A DNA stretch of 64,000 nt from NCBI GenBank assembly GCA_951406725.2, contig OX597821.1:108624001-108688000 (forward strand). Direction: 5' to 3'. The notes under the pieces were generated by a model. It did not search any database. It was not told where the DNA came from and was given only the letters and a program-made list of their open reading frames with translations. Both the position numbers and the translations under genes were made by a program. This DNA is from Octopus vulgaris. Lineage: Eukaryota. Below, one piece after another: positions 25,821 to 40,203 of the stretch (position 1 is its first letter; each line of letters begins with the position of its first letter).

Positions 25821-26885
25821 CTGTTAAAAAAAGTCGGGATGCGTGGTGTTCACTTACTCCATAAATGAGAAATGCATTAAATACTACAAAACGTATTTGT
25901 TGAACAGACACAGAAGGATTCTAATTCTCCATGAGTTATCGACCAAAAATAATATTGGGTTGTCTGGAAAGTTTGTGCCAATTTATAGTAGCTTACATTT
26001 CGACTTATTTTGGAACATGGTTGAGTCCATAAAATAGCATTTGACTACACCTCCATTTAGAGCACAGTTTAAGCTATCTTTTCGTGGAAGAAGGTTTATG
26101 TTCCTATAACCTGTGTTAATTCTGTAACCCTTTAAAATGGAAGATAAGAAAGTTTATTTTCGGTACTTGATGCTTTGAGAGCCAGACAAAAATTGCTGCA
26201 GCTCGGCTAGGATGTTTTACCCCACCCTCCATATTCACCAGATATTGCTCCTACGGATTTCCACTTATTCAGGTGTCTGCAGAATAGTCTTAATGGTAAA
26301 AATTACAATTCCTTGGATGATGTAAACAGATACCTTGATGGATTCTTTGCCATGAAACCACCTTAATTCTGGGAAGAGGATATCTTCAAGTAAAACGGAA
26401 GAGGGAGACGTATTGTGCAACAAAATGTTTCATATTTGGTTGATTAAAAATGTAATGGCAAGTATTTATTGACTTTTTTCTTTTCTTTAAAACTCGGCAC
26501 GAACTTTCCGGACAACCTAAAAAATACCCAGTTCCATGTCTTTAACTATAAGACTGGGAACTTCGTATATCGGCGGCATCCGCAAGATATGAATAACATT
26601 AGGTGTCGAGCAAACAAAACAAAATTGGTTGGACATAAGAAAGTAAACGAATGTAATTTGAAACGATGGACGAAGACAATAAATAATGTCTTTCGGTCAA
26701 ACGTCCACCCGGTTTGTTTGTTTCGGTTTCTCGAGCCCTAATACCACGCAAATCTAGCGGGTCCAGCCTATATATGAATTAATAGTTTTATCTTTAGAGG
26801 CATGAAACTTAGTATGAGTATTAGGATCCTTCTGTGTCTGTCCTACGTGGACGGTTTGCAGTACTTAATGCATTTTTCATTTATG
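25820..26885. mobile_element. MITE-like element with about 80-bp inverted repeats, hosting a mariner
   Basis: cataaatgagaaatgcattaa...acagacacagaaggattctaat (25860-25937) is inverted at 26806-26885. Confidence 0.65.
25955..26520 (+). mobile_element. Internally deleted mariner
   Basis: TIRs ttgggttgtctggaaagtttgtgcc / ggcacgaactttccggacaacctaa; MEDKKVYFRYLML joined to DVLPHPPYSPDIAPTDFHLFRCLQNSLNGK. Confidence 0.92.
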
Positions 26886-27096
26886 TATATAATATAATAT
26901 AATATAATATAAATGAAAGAAATGTATGGGAAATAAGCAAAAGACATAACGTATACTGAATGTACAAAGAGACAGAAGGTCCGTAATTCTTTATCAGTTA
27001 TCGACTGATTGGTAATATCATATAGATAGACAGATATCAGATAGATAGACAGAAAGACAGATAGATAGATAGATAACTAGATTGATTGAGAGATAA

Positions 27097-27160
<64 letters not shown>

Positions 27161-27163
<3 letters not shown>

Positions 27164-27617
27164 TGTTTCTTTATTAGCCACACCGGGCTGCACACAGATA
27201 GAACAAATTACAAGGTAGAGCTTTTCTTTTGAAGGGTTAGAAAAAAAAAAAAAAAAAAAAGGAAGGGGGAGTTTCGATCAAAAGGGATCGTAAAAGGAGA
27301 GAAAGAGGACAAAAAAAGGGGGGATTAAAAAAAGGGGGGAGGAAAAAAATTGATCAATAGGGATCGTTATCACAGAAATGTCAATATGAAGTGTAAAGGG
27401 GAGGACAGGTGAGGTTTACCCGTGGAAAGAAAAGCCTACGGAAAAGACCACGGTAACCTCGGTCAATGAAGTCACATTTTATATTTCTTTTTTTTTTTTT
27501 TTTTGCAAATAAGCAACTCTCTGTTTTCGATTTCTGGGTTCATAGGACTATGCTCAAGGTGGCTTCGTCATTCATACGTGCCATTCTTGCTACATTCACC
27601 CATCTTTTTTTTTAAAC
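27161..27617 (-). mobile_element. Tx1/L1-clade LINE 3' end inside (GATA)n
   Basis: RWVNVARMARMNDEATLS-end and 3' UTR homologous to 46016-46370; (GATA)n on both sides. Confidence 0.75.
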
Positions 27618-28125
<508 letters not shown>

Positions 28126-28545
28126 TTTTTTGTGTACACGATACTCGAACATTCAACCATATGAGAACATAAATGCGTTAAAATACGTAAAACAGATGGA
28201 GAGAGTATAAAAGAGAGGCAGAAAGGAGTGTGTGTGCGTGCGTGCGCGTGCATGCGTGTGTATAAGAGAAAGGGAGAGAGAGGAATGACGTAAATGATAT
28301 ATAATACAATACATACGCACACACACACGTATGTATACATTAACACAGAGATAGAGAGAGTGAAAGTGAGAGGTAACAATTATGTGCGTTGTTTGTATTT
28401 ACGGTTGATGGTATATAATTTTCCCTTATGTATATATATATATATATATACATCCATCCATACATCCATACTTACATACATACATACATGCATACATACA
28501 CACACATTCATTCATATATACATACATACATACATATATATATGC

Positions 28546-28666
<121 letters not shown>

Positions 28667-28809
28667 CGTGTGTGTGTGTGTGTGTGTACATCGTTAAGTT
28701 CTTGCCAGGAAAAATCATGTCAACCATGCTTCTTTGTCGAGAAATATTTTCTTACACATATGAGAGGAATTTAATTACAAAAGAGTCATGTTTCAAAATT
28801 GAATATATA

Positions 28810-28925
28810 TAAATACACACACACATATATATATACACACACACACATGTGCATATATGTGTGTGTATGTGTATATATGATTCTGTGTGTGGATGTGTGT
28901 GTTCAGGTTTGTGGTTGTGTTTATG

Positions 28926-28961
<36 letters not shown>

Positions 28962-29053
28962 GATATATACACACACACATGTGCATATATGTGTGTGTAT
29001 GTGTATATGTGATTATGTGTGTGGATGTGTGTGTTCAGGTTTGTGGTTATGTT

Positions 29054-29101
<48 letters not shown>

Positions 29102-29220
29102 CACACACACACATGTGCATATATGTGTGTGTGTATGTGTATGTGTGAATCTGTGTGTGGATGTGTGTGTGAGCTTGTAGTTGTGTTTATACATACACAC
29201 ACACACACACACACACACAT
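28810..29220. repeat. About 120-bp compound-microsatellite unit, three tandem copies
   Basis: acacatgtgcatatatgtgtgtgtatg...ggatgtgtgtg...gtttat recurs three times. Confidence 0.85.
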
Positions 29221-29234
29221 ACGCTAATCTAATA

Positions 29235-29926
29235 GCTACAGGAATGACTGCGTGTTTAGGAAGCCATGTGTTTTGGGGTAGAGTCCCACTGTGCCGCACC
29301 TTCAGCAAGTGATTTTACTATAACCCTTAGCTGACCAATACTTCGTGAGTTAATCTGGTGGACCGGAAACTATGCGGAAGCAGGTTGCAAATACGTTTGT
29401 GTGTATGCGCGCGTTCGCCAGCGTGTCTGTGTCTGTATTTTTGTGTTCTCATGACTGATTGTTCCCAACAAAACGCTTGACAGCCGGTGTTGTTTTCTTT
29501 GCCTTCCAAGACCTAACAGTTCAGCGAAGGAAACCGATAGCATAATTACTAGGTTTAAAACGACAAAAGAAAAAGCACTGTTATCGATAGATTCCACGTT
29601 CAAGGCTGTACCCCAATCAATAAAGTACACAAAACATAGGAAGAAAAATGTATGTGTATATATGTGGTGTTCCAAGACTAAATGCTCACCGCCCAACGCC
29701 CGATACTGGCGTGTCTGTTCTGCTATTCTTTTATTCTTTTACTTGTTTCAGTCATTTCACTGCGACCATGCTGGAGCACCACCTTTAGTCGAACAATTCG
29801 AACCTAGGACATATTCTATGTAAACCCAGTACTTCTCCGAACCGCTAAGTTAGGGAATTAAACACACCAGCATCGGTTGTCAAGCGATGGTGGGAGTATG
29901 AACAGAGAGACAAACCTGATTGTGTG

Positions 29927-30007
<81 letters not shown>

Positions 30008-30145
30008 CTATCTCTCTCTATATATATATACTACGGGTTTCTTTCAGTTTCCGTCTTTCAGGTCCAATCGCAAGGCTTTGGTTAGCCTGAAACTATGGTA
30101 GAAAGCATTTGTCCAATGTGCCACGGAGTGGAACTAAATCCGGAT
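29235..30145. mobile_element. Two diverged CORE SINE family A copies, tail-to-tail
   Basis: Plus copy about 29235-29620; minus copy about 29730-30145. Confidence 0.75.
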
Positions 30146-30712
30146 TCAGTTATTCCATACGAGAGGCAAATTACATCTAATCTTCCTTCGCAGTTTCGTC
30201 AAGCTATTGTTAGGAATTTTCCAAAGAATTCTAGGCATTACTCTATTATCAACTGACACACGGTTAGGATTGGTTTTTCCAACACAAAAAATCTCTTACA
30301 AATTATCTCTTCACATAATATCAATATAATGTTAAATATTGATACATTTACTAATACTAACATTATTAATATTAATAACAAGGTTATTTTATCTGAAGTC
30401 AATTACAACAGAATCAAGTTTTACTGGTAATGAAGTATATTTTTATATAGGAAGTTGTCTAAAAGAAATTCTAATCATTACTGGAATAAAACCAGTGATA
30501 TCTTCGAAACATGTGTCGGAAGTAAAAGAATTCGAATAACATATGCGTTTAACTCCATTTATTTATATATATTATGCAAAAGATTTCACATAAACCCGTA
30601 GTTTCTAACTTTTTAAAAAACAAAGAGTTACAACCTTTTTACTTGCGTGATTTTTTGCTACCCTGGTAACTATTTATCTATTTTTTCCGTGTTAATTGTT
30701 AACAAGGCAAAA
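30145..30712 (+). mobile_element. Degraded Penelope-like element (linker, GIY-YIG remnant, hammerhead 3' half)
   Basis: IPYERQITSNLPSQFRQAIVRNFPKNSRHYSIIN*HTVRIGFSNTKNLLQIISSHN; VYFYIGSC; GAAAcatgtGTC at 30506-30517. Confidence 0.75.
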
Positions 30713-30752
30713 TACACGCACACACGCACTCACACACACACACGCACACACA

Positions 30753-30839
<87 letters not shown>

Positions 30840-30960
30840 ATATATATACATGTGCGTGTGTGTGAGTGTATGTATTTATTGGCATGAATATAGATATGCC
30901 ATGATACATCGCTAGCCACAAAACCTTTTTTATTTTCTCTCCCTGTTTATTTCTGTGTTC

Positions 30961-30996
30961 CTTTTTGACGAAGAGCGTAAGCTCGAAACGTAAAAG
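30961..30996 (+). ncRNA. Minimal hammerhead (same family as 24363; element about 30925-31090)
   Basis: cttt-TTGACGA-a-gagc gtaa gctc-GAAA-C-GTA-aaag; C3U change. Confidence 0.65.
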
Positions 30997-31109
30997 ACTT
31001 TCTCACTTCCCGAGCGTTAAACTAATACATCTGTTTGTTGTTTACACACCTGTCTTCGTCTTTTGTATTTTTTTGTGTAAATTCTCACTATATATATATA
31101 TATACAGAT

Positions 31110-31325
31110 GCGTGTGTGTATGTGTCTGTGTTTGCCCCCCCCCCCCAACATCGCTTAACAACTGAGGCTGGTGTGTTTATCTCCCCGTAACTGAGCGGTT
31201 CGGCAAAATAGACCTATGAAATAAGTACTTGGCTTACGAAGAATAAGTCCTGGGGTCGATGTGCTCGAGTAAAGGCGGTGCTCCAGCATTGCCACAGTCA
31301 AATGACTGAAACAAAGAAAAGAATA
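31110..31325 (+). mobile_element. CORE SINE family A, 3' half
   Basis: Body and tail match. Confidence 0.85.
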
Positions 31326-31382
31326 CGTAGATAGATAGACAAATATATATATACATATATATACAAATGTATATATATATAA

Positions 31383-31437
<55 letters not shown>

Positions 31438-31487
31438 ATATATATATATATCATGCACTCACAAACAGACACACACACTCACATATG

Positions 31488-31571
<84 letters not shown>

Positions 31572-32137
31572 CACACACACATATGTGAGTGTGTGTGTCT
31601 GTTTGTGAGTGCATGATAAATGCTTCAGATATTTGAAATTAAAACGAACAAATGTTTTTCATTGATTTCCTCGAAAGAGAAACATACAGATTAGAAAGAA
31701 ACACAGCAGTGTGCGAAAGAAAGACACTGAAAGATATGAATAGGGTGAAAGAGACAGGAAGAGAGGTTAAAAGAGAGAGGGACAGAGGGAGAAAGACAGA
31801 AAGAGAGAGTGGTAGAGAGAGTAAGAGAGAGAATGAGAGATCAAACCAAGATTACGTAGGAAATACTATTCGGTAAGTAGGTCCAACAAGAGTACTGGTT
31901 GGTATTTTCAAATGTCAACAAAGTAGAAGACTACAGAATGTGTGTGACTCTGGGTGTGTGTGTGTGTGTGTGTGGATGTACATGTATTTGTATGCGTTTG
32001 TGTTGAATTCCTTTGATTTATTTTTTTTTAGAAACCAGCGAATGTACGTTTTGAAGATAAGAATAAAAAAAGACAAATATTTTTTAAAAATTAATTAAAA
32101 AATTAATAAACAATAAAACGGCACTCAACCAATATAC

Positions 32138-32175
<38 letters not shown>

Positions 32176-32256
32176 AATGTATACATATATATATGCGTGT
32201 GTGTATATATATATATAAATAATTAAATGTATACATATATATATATATATATATAT

Positions 32257-32291
<35 letters not shown>

Positions 32292-32444
32292 TATACACGC
32301 TATATTTATGTATGTATACAAGTGTATATACACGCATATATATATATATATATATACATAAATGTATACATATATATGCGTGTGTGTATATATATATATA
32401 AATAATTAAATGTATACATATATATATATATATATATATCTATC

Positions 32445-32481
<37 letters not shown>

Positions 32482-32562
32482 GAATATACACGCTATATTT
32501 ATGTATGTATACAAGTGTATATACACGCATATATATATATATATATATATATATACCCCATA

Positions 32563-33828
32563 TTATATTGGATCTTTTATAATGCGGTTTTTTATACTTC
32601 TTTTATTTTTCTAAATTAATATAAAGTTCTTTTTAAACTAAAATATACTTTCCTTCATTTTCTACAATGCTCTTCTATCTATCTGGTAGACTTGCAAGGC
32701 TCCTCTTCCAAAATTCACTTATCCGTAACGAAAAATACTCCTCCAGTACTATTCTCGACTACAGAATTCATATTTTTTCTGTCCAAATGATTTTGAAGAC
32801 GCGAAATGCATGATAATCAGATGGGGGCAATGTCTGGTGAATATGGTGAGTGGGTCATCGTTTCCCATTCGAAATACTCCAGCTTTTGGAATGTCATCCT
32901 CGCTGTATGTGGTTGAACATTTCCCTGACAGAACACCTTTCATCATGAATCCAAAGATGGTCGTTTTTCTTCTAGGCTGACTTAAGCCACTCAAGCTGTT
33001 CACAGTAGATCTTCTTTGTTACCATTTAGTTTGGGTTTGAAAGTTCAAAATGGACTAAACCTTTCATATCCTACCAAACAGATAACAATACTTTACGTGG
33101 ATGAAGACCTTCTTTAGCCTGCGGTGCTGGTGTTTCTCCTTTCCCTACCCACAGACTTCGGCGCTTGACATTTTTAGAGAACCCATTTCTAATCACCAGT
33201 CACTATTCGGTCCAAGAACAGTTCATTCGTGAGATGTGACAGCAAAGAAGAGTACACATTCACTCTCTCCTTTCGATTAAACTCGGTAAATTTGTGAGGA
33301 ACTCATTAACCCAATTTACTGTCTTTACCGATGGACGGTCGATGAACGATTGAATGACCAAATCCAAGTTTCTCTGCTAGTTCCTCAACAGTTACGATGG
33401 GATTTTGTTCCACCAGATTTGCGGGACGTCCTCGCCGAGCTTTACAGATCTTCCAAGACGCGGCTCGTCATCCAGACTGTAGTTTCTGGCTCGGAATTTC
33501 TGGGAACACCGTTGACACTGGCTTACGCTTATTGTCTGGTCCCCATATACTGCATTAATATTCCTCGCACTTTCCATTGGGTTGTTGCCTTTATTGAACT
33601 CATAAAGCAAAATATGCCGAATATGATCCGTTGTCACTTCCAATATAGCTTTACAAAATCAAACTTAAAATCGAACTTCACACCCCAAAACTTACACTAA
33701 GAATAACTACAAGGTAAAATTACTTCCTGCTTTTATAGCAAGTTGATGCAGGTAGTTTATCCCGTCCCCATCGAACTTTTAATTCATACAATTGACAAAA
33801 CCGCATTAATTATGGGCTGATGCATTGT
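32563..33828 (-). mobile_element. Near full-length degraded mariner
   Basis: MEVTTDHIRHILLYEFNKGNN...DDEPRLGRS at 33392-33643; QPHTARMT...HSPYSPD near 32820-32920; TIR core taatgcggtttt at both ends. Confidence 0.88.
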
Positions 33829-33841
33829 ATAGGTGTATGTA

Positions 33842-33989
33842 GGCGCAGGAGTGGCTGTGTTATAAGAAGCTTACTTCCCAACTACATGGTTTCCGGTTCA
33901 GTCCCACTGCGTGACACCTTGGGTAAGTGTCTTGTGCTATAGCCTTGTGGGTGGATTTGGTAGAAGGAAACTGAAAGAAGCTCGTCGTA

Positions 33990-34022
<33 letters not shown>

Positions 34023-34213
34023 TGGTAAAACGGTAAGATAACAAAAGAAAGAAAGAGACCTTAATATTATGTAAATAGAGGAAATTTATCTATACAATAA
34101 TATGTTACATTACACGATAGTCAAGATAAAACTCTGAGTTTGTATAAGTGGATTTCCACTTCGGCATCTGAAACTCAGAGTTTTATCTTGACTATCGAGT
34201 AATGTAACATATT

Positions 34214-34270
<57 letters not shown>

Positions 34271-34495
34271 GTATATGCATATATTTATTTGTGTGTGTCT
34301 ATATTTTTCCTCACACCATTGCTTTGACAACCGATGTTGGTGTGCTTACGTCTCCGTAACTTAGCGGTTCGACAAGAGCGCCGCCTGAATAAGTATTTGG
34401 CTTAGAAAGAATAAGTCCTGCGGTTGATTTGTTCGACTAAAGGCGGTGCCCCAACATGGCCACAGTCAAATATCTTAAAGTAAAATAATAAAAGA
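33842..34495 (+). mobile_element. CORE SINE family A with a fold-back element (34022-34220) in its internal (TA)n
   Basis: Head 33842-33990; 3' half from about 34290; insert has inverted arms and GAAActcagaGTT. Confidence 0.85.
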
Positions 34496-34754
34496 ATATA
34501 TATATATACATATTATATATATATATATATATGGCTAATAGGTTAAATGGGACATACTTGTCTTCACGGCCGAAACAGCTGTCAGCTACAATGTAAATGT
34601 ATTTTCTAGTTCTGTTTCTATGTCTTGTTATATTTGTACTATATTAATGTATAATATCATTGATGTTGTGTAATGCTTTAATAAAGTATTGATTGGGTAT
34701 TATCTGATGGTTGATGATTGATTTTCTCATTTTGTATATATATACACGCACAAA

Positions 34755-34825
<71 letters not shown>

Positions 34826-35135
34826 CAAATACAAAATTGGGAGAACATAAAACATCCAGACAGTTAGGTGATACAAAAATGGGACAACAAAACATCCAGA
34901 CAGACGAACAAAGAAAATAAGGAAAAAAAGCGCAGAAATGGTACAAAAATACAAACAACAGGACATTAACAACAGGTGTCTTTCGACTAAGGACGAAATG
35001 AATTAAGCTGGTGTGTGTTGAAGTAAAGTCTCACGGCAGGGACATAAGATTTGACAGGCACAGAGAGGAATATAGATGTTGCACAGATGGTAATCGAACC
35101 AAGAAATAAGGGTCAGGCTTGGCCGGACACCGGTC
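34826..35135 (-). mobile_element. Microsatellite-inserted repeat related to the 40644 family
   Basis: aaaacatccagacagttaggtgatacaaaa matches about 40660-40700; the distal part matches about 53345-53530 in reverse. Confidence 0.7.
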
Positions 35136-36253
35136 ACACACACACGCACACACACACATACACACACACAGACACACACATATACATATATATATCTATA
35201 TCTATAAGACGATGAAAAGAAAAGAGGAGCTGGACAACTTTAACAAATATTATATTAGTTTAACGCGTACGAAAGGAAAGATTATAACATTTCGGAGGCT
35301 AGTTATTTATGCAAATAGTGAACGAGAAGCGTGGACGAAAAAGTGATTGAGGAAAGGAGGAAAAGAAAGAATGAGAGAGAGAAAAAAAAGAGAGAGGGAG
35401 AGGGAAACGAGAGAGAGATGTGTGGTAATATTTTAGGATTGGGAAACTCCTTAAAGAGAATTCCGTATTAAAAAATATGGCTTCGTTCAGAGATGCTGTT
35501 GGATCGGCCGACACGATGTTCCGAATTATTGTCATCCTGACAAGTACGTACATACGTGCATATGTAAATTTATCTTCTATGAATTCCGACGACGCGTGTT
35601 GTATTTTTTTTCTTTTTGCTTAGGGTACTGTGTGATTGGCTTAGGATTCATCATACACGTGTATGTTTGATATACTAGTGTGAGAGAAAAAGCGTGACAC
35701 AATATGTGACAGAGTTGGGCAGCTGCAGTGAACGGTGCACTTTGAACGGCAACATAAACAAACACTATACATATATATATATACATATATCTGTGTGCGT
35801 ATTTATGTGTGTGGATGTGTGTATGTGCATATATGCGTGCTAGTCTGTGTATGTACATATATATTTGTGCGTGTATGTATGTGTACATGTGTACATAGAT
35901 ATGTATATACAAACATGTATGTTTCCAGAAAAATCAACTATATCTATGTGTGTGCGTGTGCTTACGTATATGTATAAAAAGGCACGTGCAAACACATATA
36001 CATGTCCATATATTGAGGATTTGTATGTATTTCCTGTTATCATCCTATATTTCAACTCCTGTCTCTTACAGCTCCACCCTGTTACCCTAAAAATATTACT
36101 TATCTGTTTTGCCATCGAACAAATATGCTCCTCCCAGTCTCTCGGGTTAGTGTTCATCATGCATGTCCACCAGTCATGGATATCTTACAGCACACGCACG
36201 GACGCTCATAACTATATACACTCACATACGCACACACAACCTGTGACACCCCC

Positions 36254-36284
<31 letters not shown>

Positions 36285-36449
36285 GGCGCAGGAGTGGCTG
36301 TGTGGTAAGTAGCTTGCTAACCAACCACATGGTTCCGGGTTCAGTCCCACTGCGTGGCATCTTCGGCAAGTGTCTTCTGCTATAGCCCCGGGCCGACCAA
36401 TGCCTTGTGAGTGGATTTGGTAGACGGAAACTGAAAGAAGCCTGTCGTA

Positions 36450-36500
<51 letters not shown>

Positions 36501-36683
36501 TTGTGTGCTGGTGTGTTTATGTCCCCCGTCACTTAGCGGTTCGGCAAAAAGAGACCGATAGAATAAGTACTGGGCTTACAAAAGAATAAGTCCCGGGGTC
36601 GATTTGCTCGACTAAAGGCGGTGCTCCAGCATGGCCGCAGTCAAATGATTGAAACAAGTAAAAAGAAAGAAAGAAAAGAAAGA
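36285..36683 (+). mobile_element. CORE SINE family A, young copy
   Basis: ggcgcaggagtggctgtgtggtaag...gggttcagtccc... with full tail. Confidence 0.92.
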
Positions 36684-36723
<40 letters not shown>

Positions 36724-36744
36724 GTATATATGTATATATATACA

Positions 36745-36786
<42 letters not shown>

Positions 36787-37079
36787 CATGTATATATATC
36801 TATATCTATATATAAATATGTGTGTGTGTGTAGGGTGCGGTGGGGCAATTGTCACCATTTTACAATTTCATGTTCGCGTATTGCTTGTTTTTGATTTTGT
36901 CGATGGCACAGTATACTAGGATTAGTTAGGCACAGTCTGTGAGGAAAACAGCCCCATGACGCAATTCACTCTACCACACATTTGGAAACGACATGCTGTA
37001 CTGCTTGGCACTCGCGCGGGAATCTCCAATACGAACATTTCAGTGTTTAGGTGTTCATCTTAAGACAGTGACTAAGTAA

Positions 37080-37315
37080 ACAAGGACGGGTCATTCGAGT
37101 CGAGTACCAGATTATCTTCGCAATTTCGGCTGATAATACTTGAGATTGCTCCAATCTGGCCAGCCCCAAGGAAAAACTAAGCTTAGAGCATTGTATACAT
37201 TCGCTACTTTCTTCCAAGGAATCTAATGCTCTTAGCTTAGTTCTTCCTTGGGGCTGGCCAGATTGGAACAATCTCAAATATAATCAGCTGAGATTGCGAG
37301 GATAATCTGGTGCTG
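37080..37315. mobile_element. Long hairpin element
   Basis: Arms of about 90 bp around a loop of about 30 nt; closely matches 40737-40957. Confidence 0.85.
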
Positions 37316-37378
37316 AGGGTTCAGAAAACGTTGACTGAGTCTAATGCTGATTACGAAGGTATGGCAGCTCGGAAAACT

Positions 37379-37471
37379 CACTCTGATCATTCTGATAAGA
37401 AGAGAACTCTTAAATTTGTTGGTGAGATTAAGGTCATGATTGACAGGCGTTATCGGAAACAGCTGTAAGGG
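37379..37471 (+). ncRNA. Decayed hammerhead with long stem II
   Basis: cact-CTGATCA-ttctgataa...ttatcg-GAAA-cagctgt-A-aggg; G8C change. Confidence 0.45.
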
Positions 37472-37686
37472 ATAATGATCAATTTCTTGCTCATAATAAA
37501 CTTTTATTAACTTCAATATCTCCATTTTCTTATTCTTCATCTATATAATTATTAAACATGGTTCGTTTATGCCGAAGCCTACGTTTTTATGGACACTAAT
37601 TTCCCCACCAAAATATTAGGTATTTAACCGCTATTTCCTTCGTTCACACCCTCCTTTTATGATGCTGACATAATCTCTAATTGAAT

Positions 37687-37743
<57 letters not shown>

Positions 37744-37794
37744 CGGGAAGCTTTATGAAAATAGACAAAAGACGAAGGCAGGTTTACGGAAATA

Positions 37795-37858
<64 letters not shown>

Positions 37859-37881
37859 GTATATATATGCATATACATACA

Positions 37882-37912
<31 letters not shown>

Positions 37913-38303
37913 GAGAGTTTGGTAAGAAGCTTGCTTTGTAACCACATAGTTCCGAGTTCGATCCCATTGCGTGACATTGAGGCCAAGTTTCTTCTGCTAC
38001 GGCCTATGACTTGTCATTTGGTAGAGGGAAACTAAAACCTTATCGTATAAATATATATATGGGGGTCGGTTCTCACCACCGCTTGACAACCGGTGGTGGC
38101 TTGTTTACGTCCCCATGACTTAGCAGTTCGGCATAACAATGGGTAAAATATGTACGAGGCATAAACACTAGATAAGTACTGGATTCGATTAGTTCGACCT
38201 GAGCACTTCAAGGCAGTGCTCCAGCACGGCCGCAATCCAGTGACTAAAACAAGTAAAGATAAAGCGTAAAAAGATCTATTTGCGTGTGTGTTTCTATGCG
38301 TGT

Positions 38304-38349
<46 letters not shown>

Positions 38350-38372
38350 ATGTATATGTATATATAACATAT

Positions 38373-38768
38373 ACTCTTTTACTCTTTTATTTGTTTCAGT
38401 CATTTGACTGCGGCCATGCTGGAGCACCGCCTTTAATCGAGCAACTCGACCCCGGCACGTATTCTTTGTAAGCCCAGTACTTATTCTATCAGTCTGTTTT
38501 GCCGAACCGCTAAGTGACAGGGACATAAACACACCAGCATCGGTTGTCAAGCAATGCTAGGGGGACAAACACAGACACACAAACACACACACATAGATAT
38601 ATATATACATATATACGACGGGCTTCCGTCTACCAAATCCACTCACAAGGCTTTGGTCGGCCCGAGGCTATAGTATAAGACACTTGCCCAAGGTGCCACG
38701 CAGTGGGAGTGAACCCAGAACTATGTGGTTAGTAAACAAGCTACTTACCACACAGCCTCTCCTGCGCC
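38373..38768 (-). mobile_element. CORE SINE family A, full length
   Basis: Complete reverse match; an opposed older copy lies at about 37915-38265. Confidence 0.9.
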
Positions 38769-38829
38769 TATATAAAAATATATGTACATATATTTTTAAA
38801 CATTCACATACTCACACACACATAGATAC

Positions 38830-38878
<49 letters not shown>

Positions 38879-39414
38879 CATATATACATATGTATACATA
38901 TATACATATGTATACATGTATGTATTTATGTGCTCACAGAAAAAGAGAGGGAAGGTGGGAGTGACAGATACATACAAACTACATAAACACCTAACTCTGA
39001 TACACAAAAAGACCCTTGTTTGTGACTGAAGTATGCTAACGGCGTTCGTAAAGCGAAGTATCAGCTTTCCATAATGGCCATTAATGATTCTCTAATCACT
39101 TCTCAAGATGTGGGCAGTCGGTGTATTATACTTCTCATGTGTAAAGGTACTTTCTCACAACTTACTCTGCCAAAGAAACAGTACCACGACTGTCCACTTA
39201 TCACTTCCCCGACAACTGAAATCTAATTTTGATCGATGGTTCTTCTTTCATTGAAGTATATTTAATTTCGATGGAGAAGATGTCGTTCACTGAACAAATA
39301 AACAACAACACAAATATAAAAAAAAAATTGATATATAAAACTGAAAACTCTTGTAACAATAGTCCATGTATTAATAATTGCGGTTTAAATTTTGGTATAC
39401 TTGATGTTTACGTA

Positions 39415-39447
<33 letters not shown>

Positions 39448-39881
39448 GGTGGTGGTGGTAAAGTTTATGGTGAAGGTAGTGGTAGCAGTAGTATTAGTGG
39501 TGGTGGTGGTAGTAGTAGTAGTGGTGGTGGTGCTAGAGATAGTGGTAATAGTATTAGTAGAAGTAGTAGTAGTAGAAGCAGTAGTAGTAGCAGTGTCGTG
39601 GTGATGGTAGTGGTTGTGGCGGTTGTAGTTATGGTGCTTGTAGTAGTAGTAGTAGTACTTGTGGTGGTGGCGGTGGTATTGGTGGTGGTGGTGGTGGTGG
39701 TAAAGTTTATGGTGATGTTAGTGGTAGCAGTAGTATTAGTGGTGGTGGTGGTAGTAGTAGTAGTAGTAGTGGTGGTGCTAGAGATAGTGGTAATAGTATT
39801 AGTAGAAGTAGTAGTAGTAGTAGCAGTGTCGTGGTGATGGTAGTGGTTGTGGCGGTTGTAGTTATGGTGCTTGTAGTAGTT

Positions 39882-39919
<38 letters not shown>

Positions 39920-39990
39920 TGTGGTGGTGGTGGTGGTAGTGGTGGTGGTGGTGGTGGTAGGAGCAGTAGTAGTAATAGTTTTGGTGGTGG
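39415..39990. repeat. Degenerate (GTA/GTG)n array with an internal duplication of about 240 bp
   Basis: gtaaagtttatggtga...gtgctagagatagtgg...gttatggtgcttgtag occurs at about 39457 and 39700. Confidence 0.9.
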
Positions 39991-40103
39991 GGTTGTGGCT
40001 GTTCTGGTGGTTGGTGTATTGCTTTTGGGTTGTTAACCATTAGCTCCAATCTAGCATACATGAAAAAACGCGCTCCAAACACATAGCCACCACCACTACC
40101 AGC

Positions 40104-40153
<50 letters not shown>

Positions 40154-40171
40154 CAGCAGCAGCAGCAACAT

Positions 40172-40203
<32 letters not shown>

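Noticed and set aside
34972-35042. Hammerhead-like ccgtga-gact...agtc-GAAA on the minus strand
   Set aside because: The 5' core is not CTGANGA and stems I and III are unconvincing.
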